From an uncultured delta proteobacterium (GTDB lineage Bacteria; Desulfobacterota; Binatia; UBA9968), in contig CAVXEP010000015.1 in the NCBI GenBank assembly GCA_963760795.1, positions 96,001 to 160,000 of the forward strand: 64,000 nucleotides of DNA, written 5' to 3'. Shown here in pieces: positions 51,385-61,068 of this stretch. Numbering within the stretch: position 1 is the stretch's first letter; the number at the start of each line of letters is the position of its first letter. The translations under genes were made by a program, and so were the position numbers. The notes under the pieces are model-generated. The model was not told where the DNA came from. It saw only the letters and a list, made by a program, of their open reading frames with translations, and did no database searches.

Positions 51385-51417
51385 TTGCTAACTTATAGGC
51401 TGAAATGTACACTTCAG
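51385..51417 (+). promoter_or_regulatory. Sigma70 promoter with overlapping TGTACA palindromic operator
   Basis: TTGCTA-N17-TACACT; CTGAA-A-TGTACA-C-TTCAG covers the -10 box. Confidence 0.7.
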
Positions 51418-51438
51418 CCATCAAGGGGGTCAACGGCT

Positions 51439-51693
51439 ATGGCACAGGTAAACACGGTAAATGCGCGGGCACAGTTTTCAGATATCATTAATCGGGCGGC
51501 TTTCGGCAAAGAGCGGGTCACGCTTACCCGCAGGGGCAAAGAGATCGTCGCCGTGGTGCCGATCGAGGATGTGAAGTTGCTGGAAGCATTGGAAGACAAA
51601 ATCGATCTTGAAGAGGCGCGGGCTGCGCTGGCGGAGTCCAAGAAGAAAGGCACCGTGTCTTGGGACAAGATCAAGAAAGAGCTGGGCATATAG
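51439..51693 (+). CDS. Phd/YefM-family antitoxin
   Basis: NARAQFSDIINRAAFGKERVTLTRRGK; acidic C-terminal half. Confidence 0.92.
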   Translation: MAQVNTVNARAQFSDIINRAAFGKERVTLTRRGKEIVAVVPIEDVKLLEALEDKIDLEEARAALAESKKKGTVSWDKIKKELGI

Positions 51694-51963
51694 TTGGCTT
51701 ACCGGATTGAGTTTACACCCAAAGCCCAGCGCGATTTTAAGGCCCTCGATGGCTCGATACGCGGCCGGATTGCGCGGCGAATTGACTCGTTGGCGGAGAA
51801 CCCGTTTCCATCGGGTATCAAGAAGCTTGAAGGCGAAGATGAGCTTTACCGCTTGCGCGTGGGCGACTATCGGGTGCTCTATCAAGTGCAAGGCAAAGTG
51901 TTGTTGGTTTTGATTGTGGGCATGGGTCATAGACGAGACATTTACCGGCGGATCGGGGGATAG
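51694..51963 (+). CDS. RelE/ParE-family toxin
   Basis: YRIEF..KA.RD, KKLEG, YRLRVGDYRVLY, GHRRDIY. Confidence 0.93.
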   Translation: MAYRIEFTPKAQRDFKALDGSIRGRIARRIDSLAENPFPSGIKKLEGEDELYRLRVGDYRVLYQVQGKVLLVLIVGMGHRRDIYRRIGG

Positions 51964-51965
51964 TC

Positions 51966-53235
51966 ATGGCAAAAGGCATCTACGAGCGCAAAGGTTTGAA
52001 CGGCGACGTTACCTACTACATCCGTTACCAGGTCGACGGCACGGACATCAAAGAGCGCGTCGGCCGGAAGTCGCGGGGGTTCACTCGCGAGATGGCTAAG
52101 GATGCTTTGAGAGCGCGGCTCGGTGAGATCACCCAAGGTCGGTTCAATCTGGAGAAAACCCGTAAGCCTATCCCATTCTCAAAACTGGCGGAACGTTACC
52201 GCGAATACGGCGCCAGCACCAAGCGCGCATGGGACGACGAAAAGCATATTACCGAACGGTTCGCGGACCTATTCGGGGAGACACCGTTGGCGTTGATCAC
52301 AACTTGGCAGATCGAGAAGTGGAAGGGTGAGCGCGGCAAGGAGATCAAGCCGGGATCGGTGAACCGCCAGCTAACCGTCATCAAGCATATGTTCAAAATG
52401 GCCATCGAATGGGGCATGACGTTGACCAATCCGGCGAGCGCTGTGAAACGCTTACCTGTGAACGATCAAAGAACCCGTTTCTTAACCGGCGATGAAATCC
52501 AGGCAATTCTCAAAACTTGTGAAAGTCAGATCACTTCGCCGTGGTTGCTCCCCTCGTGACGCTGGCGCTCAATACCGGCATGCACCAGGGCGAGCTTTTG
52601 AATCTGAAATGGGAAGCTGTGAATCTCGCGCAGGGACTGATAACCGTGCGGCAATCGAAAACCCTTCGGCTAAAAACCATCGCAATCAATGCGCCGGCCA
52701 AAGATGCGCTAGATTGGCTTGGTGAAAACCGGTATGGAGAATATCTCTTCATGTGGCCGTGGGGCGATAAGATCGGCAAGGTCACTGTTTACGATGCTTT
52801 CAAAAAGCCTGTAGCGCGGCAGAGATCACCGATTTTCGCTTTCACGATCTGCGCCATACCTTTGCGTCTAATCTAGTCATGGCAGGCGTGGATTTGGTCA
52901 CTGTGAAGGAACTCATGGGCCATGTCGGCATCGCTATGACCGTGCGTTACTCTCACCTGGTGCCAGAGCACAAAGCGCAGGCCGTGACCAAATTGAGCGA
53001 ACGGTTCGACGGATTCAAAACTGAATCGGCGAATCAAAGCGCAATCGTTTCACCGGAACTGAAAGAGGCGATCAATGCAGTTTTGCCGCTGAACTTGGAA
53101 CAAGACCGGAACGTTTTCTTAATGCGGATGGGACGTGGATTGAAAATCGTTAGTGATGTTAAGAGGTTAAATGTGGCCAGGGACGGAATCGAACCGCCGA
53201 CACGGAGATTTTCAGTCTCCTGCTCTACCGACTGA
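51966..53235 (+). CDS. Tyrosine integrase (two homopolymer frameshifts near 52552 and 52804)
   Basis: SVNRQL, RFLT, TGMHQGEL, FHDLRHTFAS, MGH...MTVRYSH across three frames. Confidence 0.88.
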
Positions 53236-53246
53236 GCTACCTGGCC
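53174..53246 (-). tRNA. trnF: tRNA-Phe (GAA), CCA not encoded
   Basis: GGCCAGGTAGCTCAGTCGGTAGAGCAGGAGACTGAAAATCTCCGTGTCGGCGGTTCGATTCCGTCCCTGGCCA cloverleaf. Confidence 0.97.
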
Positions 53247-53299
53247 AAAAGAAGTGAACCTGGAATATTGCTTAAAAGTTTCGGCGAGTCAAGTTTGAC

Positions 53300-54262
53300 C
53301 TAGGCTTTGGCGAGCTTTTCGACCTGGCGTTCGACGAAATCGATGACTTGGCTTTCGAGGCGCACGCCGTCTAAAGAATTAATTTCTTGGATGCCCGTCG
53401 GACTGGTCACGTTAACCTCGGTGAGAAAGTTGCCGATCACGTCCAGACCGACGAAGTAAAGCCCATCCGCGCGCAGAAGCGGCGCCAGCGCCGCGCAAAT
53501 CTCCCGGTCGCGCTCAGTCACTTCGCTCTTCACGCACTGGCCGCCGACATGAATGTTGCCGCGGGTTTCCGACTCCAGCGGCACGCGTAAGACCGCGCCG
53601 AGCGGCTCGCCGTTGAGAACGATGATTCGTTTGTCGCCCTGGCGGATCTCGGGCAGGTAGCGTTGCCCCATCACCAGCCGCCGGCCGTTGTCGGTGGCCG
53701 CTTCGAGAATCGAATTGGTGTTGCGGTCCTGGCCGTTTAAGTAAAACACACCGCTGCCGCCGCAGCCGTCGAGCGGCTTGACGATCAGCTCGCCGCCCAG
53801 TTCATCCATGAACGCGCGCAGCCGCTCCATATTGCTGCTCACCAGCGTCTGCGGGATCTGTTCCGGAAAGCGCATGGCATAAAGTTTTTCGTTGGCCTCG
53901 CGCAGCCCCTTGGGATTGTTCATGAGAAAACATTTGCTCGGGTCGATCAAACTGAGCAGATGAGTGGCGAAGAAAAATTTCATGTCGAAGGGCGGATCTT
54001 TGCGCATCCACACCGTGTCGAAGTCCGCCAGCGATCCGGTGGCAAATTCACCAAGTTGGGTGTGAGGGGTGGCACGGGCCAGTTGCAGCCGGCGATAGCG
54101 GCCATGGGTGGCGCCGCCGCGCACGAACAGATCGTCGACTTCCATGAAATAAAGTTCATGGCCGCGCCGCTGGGCTTCGAGCATCAGGACGAAGGTGGTG
54201 TCCTTGTCGATGTTGATGTTTTCGACGGGGTCCATCACGACCCCGATTCGGAGTTTCCTCAT
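53300..54262 (-). CDS. gshB: Glutathione synthetase
   Basis: VMDP, KDTT, MRKDPPFD, NEKL, GDKR, EVNVTSPTG. Confidence 0.96.
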   Translation of the reverse strand: MRKLRIGVVMDPVENINIDKDTTFVLMLEAQRRGHELYFMEVDDLFVRGGATHGRYRRLQLARATPHTQLGEFATGSLADFDTVWMRKDPPFDMKFFFATHLLSLIDPSKCFLMNNPKGLREANEKLYAMRFPEQIPQTLVSSNMERLRAFMDELGGELIVKPLDGCGGSGVFYLNGQDRNTNSILEAATDNGRRLVMGQRYLPEIRQGDKRIIVLNGEPLGAVLRVPLESETRGNIHVGGQCVKSEVTERDREICAALAPLLRADGLYFVGLDVIGNFLTEVNVTSPTGIQEINSLDGVRLESQVIDFVERQVEKLAKA

Positions 54263-54283
54263 GACGATTGCATCCTACGAAAT

Positions 54284-54985
54284 TTACTCGCGCACGACCC
54301 AAGTGCGCGCGACAAAGTCATGCCAGCCGCGCTTCTCAGACTGCCAGAGCACCCAGAGAAAGCCGAGGCCAATGGGCGCGAAGCCCACCGCCGCGAGCCA
54401 GCGAAGCGCCGCTTGGCGAAAGCTCGGCGGCTGGCGATCGTCGCCGACGACGCGCAGACCGAGTAACATCTTGCCGATGGTCTGACCGCCCAGTCCATGC
54501 ATGACGATGAAATAGGCGTCGATCAAGCCCAGCCAGCCCAGCGTGAGGATGGCAAACAGCGCCGCGGCGTTGTCGCCGGAGATGACCTGCCCGTGGGCGC
54601 TGAGGCCTACTTTGTAACCAACGTAGGCCATAGCACCCATGATTGCCGATAGCAAAGCGATGACGAACAGATCGATGCTCAACGCATAGGCGCGGCGGAA
54701 AAAGCCGCCCCAGCTTACTCCCGCCGGCGATTCTGGCGTTGGCCGCTTAAGGGTGCCGAACCGCGTCAACTCAGCCTGAGTTAGGAACTGCCAATCATCA
54801 CCCCCGGCATCCTCTTCAACGTCAGGCTTGTTCTCCTCCGCGGTTAAAGAAAAGTTCTCCGGCTTCGGCACACCCAGGAGCACACGGCGATGCAACAGTT
54901 TAGCGCCGCACTTGCCGCACAGTTCGTCGGCTGCCACGACTGGAGCTTCACAGTTCTGGCATTTCAAGTTTTGTTCAGCGAACAT
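54284..54985 (-). CDS. RDD-family membrane protein with N-terminal zinc ribbon
   Basis: CQNC...CGKC; FFRR..A..ID, GQTIGK, WHD. Confidence 0.9.
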   Translation of the reverse strand: MFAEQNLKCQNCEAPVVAADELCGKCGAKLLHRRVLLGVPKPENFSLTAEENKPDVEEDAGGDDWQFLTQAELTRFGTLKRPTPESPAGVSWGGFFRRAYALSIDLFVIALLSAIMGAMAYVGYKVGLSAHGQVISGDNAAALFAILTLGWLGLIDAYFIVMHGLGGQTIGKMLLGLRVVGDDRQPPSFRQAALRWLAAVGFAPIGLGFLWVLWQSEKRGWHDFVARTWVVRE

Positions 54986-55031
54986 TTAATTACCACATGC
55001 TAAAAGTTGCAGCGCGCCAAGGCAAGCCGAA

Positions 55032-55773
55032 CTAAGTCAAATCGCCCCAAAGGAACTGCACCAAGGACAAAGCAGTCACCGCGGCGGTCTCAGCGCGCAA
55101 AATGCGCCGGCCTAAATGGACGCTGTGGAAACCCCGTGCGTTCGCCAATTGCACTTCAGCGCTGCTCAAGCCGCCCTCGGCACCGATGGCGACCAAGATC
55201 GCCGTCGCGTTAGCATGGGCCTCATGAATCTGGCGCAGCGATTGCACCGTCTCCTTTCTCCCAGAAAACAACTTGAGCTGGCCGCAGCCAGCACCCTCGA
55301 CCATCTGCGTCGAATTCGCACAGCGGCATAATCTCCGGCACCTGGGTCCGGCCGCATTGTTTCGCCGCGCTCAGCGCGATCTTCTGCCAGCGCTCGGTGC
55401 GATTGGCGATTTTCTTGTCGTCGAGCTTGGGCACGGTAAAACTTGAGGTAAACGGCATGATCGAAGCCACGCCAAGCTCCGTCGCCTTCTCGACGACAAA
55501 GTCCATCTTTTCGCCCTTGGTTAACCCCAGCGCCAAAGTCAGCGCCAGCGGCGATTCTCGACCGGCTTCATAGGAGCGGCGAATTTCGAGCTCACCCCGA
55601 TCGGCGTGGAGGCTGCGAATCACCGCTTCATGTTCCCAGCCGGTGTCATCGAACAGCGTCACGGGATCGCCCACGGTCAAGCGCAGCACGCGGCGCAGAT
55701 GCTCCAGTTCCTGACCGGCGATGGTCGCGCTGGTCGCTTGGATATTCTCTTTGCGGACGAAGAATCGAGCCAT
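55032..55773 (-). CDS. rsmE: 16S rRNA m3U1498 methyltransferase (frameshift near 55305)
   Basis: HLRRVLRL, KATELG, AAKQCGR; EGG, LGRRILRAETA; follows prmA. Confidence 0.92.
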
Positions 55774-55779
55774 AGGTTG

Positions 55780-56646
55780 CTAGCGCCGCTGGAGCAGCAA
55801 GGTCACCCACTCGCGCGCCCGCTTGCGTTGGACGACGCGAAAGCGCGGCACAAAACAGCGCAGCACCGAGGCCGCCTTGTCATGCAGGATGCCGGACAAA
55901 ATCAAATACCCGCCAGCCGCAACTCTTGGCGCTAAGGCGCTGGCAAGCGCGACAATCGTTTCCGCCGTCAGATTACCGACCACGACGGAAAATTTTCTTT
56001 TGAGGCGGCTAAGCGGGGTGCCGGACAGCTCGACCTTGTCCGCGGCACCGTTGATATGAAAATTTTCCCGAGCGACGCCAAGCGCCACCGGATCGTTGTC
56101 CAGCGCCCAAACCCGCTTTGCCCCCAACTTCGCCAACGCGATCGCCAGGATTCCCGAGCCGGTGCCGACATCGAGCGCGGTGAATTTCATCGGTGGCAAC
56201 AGCGCCGCGACCTGCTCGATAAATTCCAAACAGCCGCGCGTGGTCGCATGGGAGCCGGTGCCAAATGCCATGCCGGGCTCGATGGTAATCACCTGGCGCG
56301 AGCGAAACTGCGGCGGCGTTAACCAGGGCGGCGTCAGCCAAAACTGATTACCGACCCGGCTGGGCCGGATAAAGCGCTTCCAAGAATTCTGCCAGTGTTC
56401 CGGCCGGGCGATCTGCCAAGACAAGCGCGGCTTGCTGCTGCGGCCTTGGAGTTTGACAACATCCATGACGAAGCTGTGAACCGCGCGCTTAAGCGCCGCC
56501 GCATTACGGTTATTGGGGAAATAAGCCTCCACAGCGCGGCGTTTCAAGATGACGCCCGACGAGCCGCTCTCGATCAAAAAGTTCGCCACGGCGTCCAGAC
56601 AGGCGGCGCTGGTATGAACCGCGAGATGCAACCAAGATTCAGTCAC
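55780..56646 (-). CDS. prmA: Ribosomal protein L11 methyltransferase
   Basis: IEPGMAFGTGSHATT, LDVGTGSGIL, LILSGI. Confidence 0.95.
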   Translation of the reverse strand: MTESWLHLAVHTSAACLDAVANFLIESGSSGVILKRRAVEAYFPNNRNAAALKRAVHSFVMDVVKLQGRSSKPRLSWQIARPEHWQNSWKRFIRPSRVGNQFWLTPPWLTPPQFRSRQVITIEPGMAFGTGSHATTRGCLEFIEQVAALLPPMKFTALDVGTGSGILAIALAKLGAKRVWALDNDPVALGVARENFHINGAADKVELSGTPLSRLKRKFSVVVGNLTAETIVALASALAPRVAAGGYLILSGILHDKAASVLRCFVPRFRVVQRKRAREWVTLLLQRR

Positions 56647-56819
56647 GGTTTTTTATGCCACAGCGATGCCAGTGGATCAATTGATCGATATAAAACTCGC
56701 GCGCTGTTATTTCGAGCGCAGCGAGAGACCTCGCCGGGATTTGCGCCGCCGGGTAGAACCGAAGGTTATCGGATGGGGGAATTCCTCCTGCCAAGGCGCA
56801 AAGTGACGGGCCGAGGCCC

Positions 56820-56920
56820 GTCATCCCGAGGTGATACGAGGGATCTCGGAAAGATTTCTCCCTTCGGTCGAAATGACATGTTACTTGTCCTTTGCGGCCT
56901 TGGCGGCTTTGCGGGCGATC
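56820..56920. repeat. REP-like GTCAT...ATGAC element plus 9-nt CTTTGCG arm
   Basis: gtcatcccgag..cgagggatct..agatttctc..cgaaatgac; ctttgcggccttggcggctttgcg. Confidence 0.7.
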
Positions 56921-57021
56921 TTCCGAGGTTCGGATGCAACACTTCTGCGCTTTTAACCGTCCAGCTTGTCAAAATCGCTACTTCCAGATATTGAAAATAG
57001 TTACACTGAAAGGAACTGCCG

Positions 57022-57894
57022 ATGAAATTCGCCACGATCAAACCTGACGACCTCGCCATCGTTCACAACGACACGCTGATCCCCATCACCGGCGTCTTAG
57101 CCAAGGGAGCGACCATGCTCGACCTGATCGCCCATTACGATCAAGTCAAAGCCGGCTTAGCCGACCTCTCCGCCAAGGGCGGCGGCACCAAGCTCGATCC
57201 GAAGCAGCTCAAACCGCCGGTCGAGCGGCCATCGAAGATCTGGGCCGCCGCGGGAAATTATAAGCGCGGCAGCGGCGGACTCGACGACGCCCGCGGCCGC
57301 GGCACGGCGTCGAAAACTTCGCCGGAAGAGCTGCTGGAAAATATCTTCTTAAAGCCGCCGTCAGCCATCGCCGGCCCGGAAGACAACATCATCATCCCGA
57401 AAAACGCCGACTCGGTGTTTCCCGAGTTGGAGCTTTGCGTGGTCATCGGCAAGCAAGTCCGTAACTTGACCAAAGCGCAAGCGATGGATGCCATTTTCGG
57501 CTACACCATCATGCTCGACATGACCGCGCGCGGCTACGGCTTGAGCAAAAATATGTCGGGCACGCGCAGTGTCCGCAAAGGTTTTGAAACCTTTGCCCCC
57601 ATCGGCCCATGGATCACGACGAAGGACGAAATCGCCGACCCGCATAACCTGTGGATGAAATTGTGGATCAACGGCGAGCTCAAACAATCGGCCAAGACCG
57701 ACGCCATGATCAACGATATCGCCACGCAAATCAGCTTTCTTTCCCAGGTGACGACTCTGTACCCAGGCGACCTGCTGACGACCGGCAATCCGGACTCGCC
57801 GGAGTTTCAAGAGAAACTCAAACCAGGCGATGTCGTGAAGTCGGAGATCGAAGGCATCGGCGCCATGAATCAAGGCGTGGCCAAGGAAAGCTAA
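57022..57894 (+). CDS. Fumarylacetoacetate hydrolase family protein
   Basis: FLKP, ELELCVVIGK, DMTAR, KGFET..PIGP, PGDLLTTG. Confidence 0.92.
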   Translation: MKFATIKPDDLAIVHNDTLIPITGVLAKGATMLDLIAHYDQVKAGLADLSAKGGGTKLDPKQLKPPVERPSKIWAAAGNYKRGSGGLDDARGRGTASKTSPEELLENIFLKPPSAIAGPEDNIIIPKNADSVFPELELCVVIGKQVRNLTKAQAMDAIFGYTIMLDMTARGYGLSKNMSGTRSVRKGFETFAPIGPWITTKDEIADPHNLWMKLWINGELKQSAKTDAMINDIATQISFLSQVTTLYPGDLLTTGNPDSPEFQEKLKPGDVVKSEIEGIGAMNQGVAKES

Positions 57895-57916
57895 TCACCG
57901 AGCGGATTCAAACATA

Positions 57917-59248
57917 ATGATACATATAGCGCCGTTTCGAGCACTCTGTTACAGCCCAAAAAAAATCAAGGATTTGAGCAAGGTAATCGCGCCGCCCTAC
58001 GACGTGATCTCCAAGGAAGAGCAAGACAAGCTCTATAAGAAGTCGGTCTATAACTTCGTCCGTCTCGATCTCAATCAAGAAGCCGATTCGTACAACGCCG
58101 TCGCCCAGCTGCTCGACGAGTGGCAGAGCCAGGGTATTCTCGAGCGGGATGTTGCGCCGGCGATTTATTTCTCGGCGCACCGCTTCAAGTTAAAAAGCGG
58201 CGAGCAGAAAGTCCGGCTGGGCTTTTTCGCCTTGACCGAACTGCAAGATTTTGCCACCGGCGCGATCAAGCCTCACGAAAAGACCCTCGACGCGCCCAAA
58301 GAAGACCGGCTGAAACTCATGCTCGCCTGTCACGCCCAGTTGAGCCCGATCTTCGTCCTCTACGCCCAACCGAAACGGACGATCCATATCATCCTCAGCG
58401 TCGCCGTCGAAGGCATGGCGCCATTTATCGAAACCGAACTGGACAACGGCGACGAACTCAAACTATGGCGCATCACCGACTCGGCGGTCATCGAAAAAGT
58501 CCAGCGGGAAATCGCCGAGCAGACCCTGCTGATCGCCGACGGCCACCATCGCTACGAGGCCACGCTGCGCTACCGCGACCAGCTCCGCGGCGAGCGCGGC
58601 CCAGGCAACGGCAATGAAGCGTACAACTTTATCTTGACCTATTTCGCCAATATCAATGACGACAATGTCGTCATTTTGCCGACCCATCGGCTGGTGCGCG
58701 GCTTCACCCACAAGCCATTTTTGGAATTGGAAGAAGCGCTGCAAACCTATTTTTACGTCGAGCAGCACCCAAAGACGCCGGAAGGCAAGATTTCGTTTCT
58801 CAAAGCGCTCAAGAACACCGCCAAGAAGCACCGCGTCATCGGCGCCAGCTTCAAGCGCGACCCGCGTTATTTGATCCTGCGGCTGAAAAACAAACGCATC
58901 ATGCAGCGCTTGGCCAAAGACATGAGCGCACCACTCCGAGAACTCGATGTCAGCACGCTGCATCTACTGATCCTAGAGCATATTCTCGGCATGCCCCCCG
59001 ACCAGCAGGTCAGCGGCGCCACCATCCGTTACTCGCAGGACGAAGAATTAGTATTGCAGGTGTTGGAAAATGAAGACTACCAAGCCGGGTTTATCTTGAA
59101 CGCCACCAAGGCAGAAGAGATCCAATCCATCGTCGCCGCCAACGAAAAGATGCCGCAGAAATCCACCTACTTTTACCCCAAGCTAAGCTCGGGCCTGATC
59201 GTCAATAAGATCGATCCGGATGGAACAGTCGAGGCGGCTACGAGGTAG
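57917..59248 (+). CDS. DUF1015 family protein
   Basis: APPYDVIS, PHEKT, IADGHHRYE, MPQKSTYFYPK. Confidence 0.92.
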   Translation: MIHIAPFRALCYSPKKIKDLSKVIAPPYDVISKEEQDKLYKKSVYNFVRLDLNQEADSYNAVAQLLDEWQSQGILERDVAPAIYFSAHRFKLKSGEQKVRLGFFALTELQDFATGAIKPHEKTLDAPKEDRLKLMLACHAQLSPIFVLYAQPKRTIHIILSVAVEGMAPFIETELDNGDELKLWRITDSAVIEKVQREIAEQTLLIADGHHRYEATLRYRDQLRGERGPGNGNEAYNFILTYFANINDDNVVILPTHRLVRGFTHKPFLELEEALQTYFYVEQHPKTPEGKISFLKALKNTAKKHRVIGASFKRDPRYLILRLKNKRIMQRLAKDMSAPLRELDVSTLHLLILEHILGMPPDQQVSGATIRYSQDEELVLQVLENEDYQAGFILNATKAEEIQSIVAANEKMPQKSTYFYPKLSSGLIVNKIDPDGTVEAATR

Positions 59249-59278
59249 TGGTTCAATTTGGTTTTAACGACGCGTCAA

Positions 59279-59340
59279 TGTAGGGGCGGACCTGTGTGTC
59301 CGCCCTCTCGGACGGGCGACCACACAGGGTCGCCCCTACA
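59279..59340. repeat. GTAG REP inverted doublet
   Basis: tgtaggggcggacctgtgtgtccgccc ... gggcgaccacacagggtcgcccctaca. Confidence 0.85.
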
Positions 59341-59546
59341 ATGTATTTGTGAAACTGAAACATTACCGGATATGGAGGCGCACTGACGACGCGCGAACGA
59401 GCCCGTCTTCTCCCTAAAACAGAACGCTGCTTAGTGCATCTCAATCCATATGGCTCCATCCGAATAACCGATTGCGACGCACTCCGCGATCCAGCGAAAT
59501 TTGCGTCGAAAACTTTGGCCTTGTTTACGACAAATCAAACTTAAGT

Positions 59547-60929
59547 CTAACCCACAGGCTTCACCAACTGCCCGTCGCCCGGCTTGCCGGTGATCTTACC
59601 GTCGAGCATCACAGTCTTGCCGCGCAGGATCGTGCGGATCGGCACACCTTTGACCTTGCGTTCGTTATACGGTGTCCAGCCGACTTTGGTGTAAGTGGTC
59701 TCGTTGGAGATCACTGCCTCTTTGTTCATGTCGACGATCACCATGTCGGCGTCGGAACCCGGCAGGAGCACGCCCTTCTTTGGGTAGATGTTAAAAACCT
59801 TGGCCGGGTTGAACGACGAGATGCGCACCAAGCGATCGAGCGACAGCTTGTCTTGGTTCACAGCGTCGAGGAACAAACTCAGGTAATCTTGGATCTGCGG
59901 TTCGCCGCCGGGGCAGCTCCACATATCGGTCCAGCCGCGGTCTTTTTCCTCCTTGGTATGGGGCGCGTGATCGGTGCCGATCATGTCGATGGTGCCGTCG
60001 TTGATCGCGTCCCACAGTCCGTTGACATGGGCCGGCGGCACCCAGAAACCTAAACAGTAGGGCCCCATCTTCTCGACATTCTCCCAGGTGCCCAGAAACA
60101 TCGCCCAAGGATTCACCTCGCAGCTGCACGGCCGGCCTTCGTCTTTGGCGCGGCGCAGCATGGCGATGCCTTCCGGCGTGGTCATGTGGAGAATATGCAG
60201 CGGCGTGCCGAGGGCTTTTTGCATGCGAAACAACGTCGCCATCGCCGTGTCCCAAATGATGCCGTCGTAGTCGCGATAAGCTTTGGCGTAGGCCTGCGGG
60301 CTGCGGTCTTCTTTCTTCCAGTAGCGCCCTTCGATCTCGTCCATTAAATCTTGATCGTGCGGATGCACCATCAGCGGCAGGCCGGTGCTGCCGACGGTTT
60401 CGAAGCATTTGAACAGTTCGCCGTTATTGTTGATGCCGATGCCGGGCATATGCGGATAGTCGCGGCCGGTGTCTTTGACCATGAAGATTTTGAACGCCAG
60501 CGGTCCTTCCTTGGCCAGCCCCGGGATTTCCTCGGGCACCGTGCCGGAGGGATTGTGGTTGAAATCGACAATCGCATTCTTGCTATGATGTTGCACCAAC
60601 GCGCGGTAGCGCTCCACCGTGGTGGTCGGTGGATTGACGTTGGGCATACCGATGGACGTGGTCACGCCGCCGGCGGCCGCGGCCATGGTCGCGGTAGTAA
60701 TGTCTTCTTTATGAGTAAAACCGGGATCGCGATGATGAGTGTGGGTATCGACCAAGCCGGGGATGATTTTCTTGCCCTTGGCATCGATCACTTGGTCGGC
60801 CGTGTCCGGCAGCACCGGCGACTTGCCAAGCGCGATGATCTTGCCGTCGTTCACCGCGATATCGGCGTCGATGAAACCGCCCGGCGTCCACACTGCGCCA
60901 TTTTTAACCAGCAAATCCAGCTTAGCCAT
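59547..60929 (-). CDS. Dihydroorotase/allantoinase-like cyclic amidohydrolase
   Basis: DTHTHHRDPG, AAAGGVT, FKIFM, GTDHAPH, GSDAD. Confidence 0.9.
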   Translation of the reverse strand: MAKLDLLVKNGAVWTPGGFIDADIAVNDGKIIALGKSPVLPDTADQVIDAKGKKIIPGLVDTHTHHRDPGFTHKEDITTATMAAAAGGVTTSIGMPNVNPPTTTVERYRALVQHHSKNAIVDFNHNPSGTVPEEIPGLAKEGPLAFKIFMVKDTGRDYPHMPGIGINNNGELFKCFETVGSTGLPLMVHPHDQDLMDEIEGRYWKKEDRSPQAYAKAYRDYDGIIWDTAMATLFRMQKALGTPLHILHMTTPEGIAMLRRAKDEGRPCSCEVNPWAMFLGTWENVEKMGPYCLGFWVPPAHVNGLWDAINDGTIDMIGTDHAPHTKEEKDRGWTDMWSCPGGEPQIQDYLSLFLDAVNQDKLSLDRLVRISSFNPAKVFNIYPKKGVLLPGSDADMVIVDMNKEAVISNETTYTKVGWTPYNERKVKGVPIRTILRGKTVMLDGKITGKPGDGQLVKPVG

Positions 60930-61068
60930 GAACTTAAATTCTCCCTTCGCCGATTGTGAGAAATCTTTTATATGATCGGTGCTTGACGGAGTCAAATCAC
61001 GATCTGACTAAGCAAGTTAGGTTCTTCAGGCTTTAGTGTGAATAATGTGCCGCGTTCAGGTTGTTTTG

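Larger units (their letters stand above)
51304..53194. mobile_element. Minimal tRNA-Phe integrative element (antitoxin, toxin, integrase)
   Basis: 26-bp direct repeats 1865 bp apart enclosing three genes including a tyrosine integrase. Confidence 0.85.
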
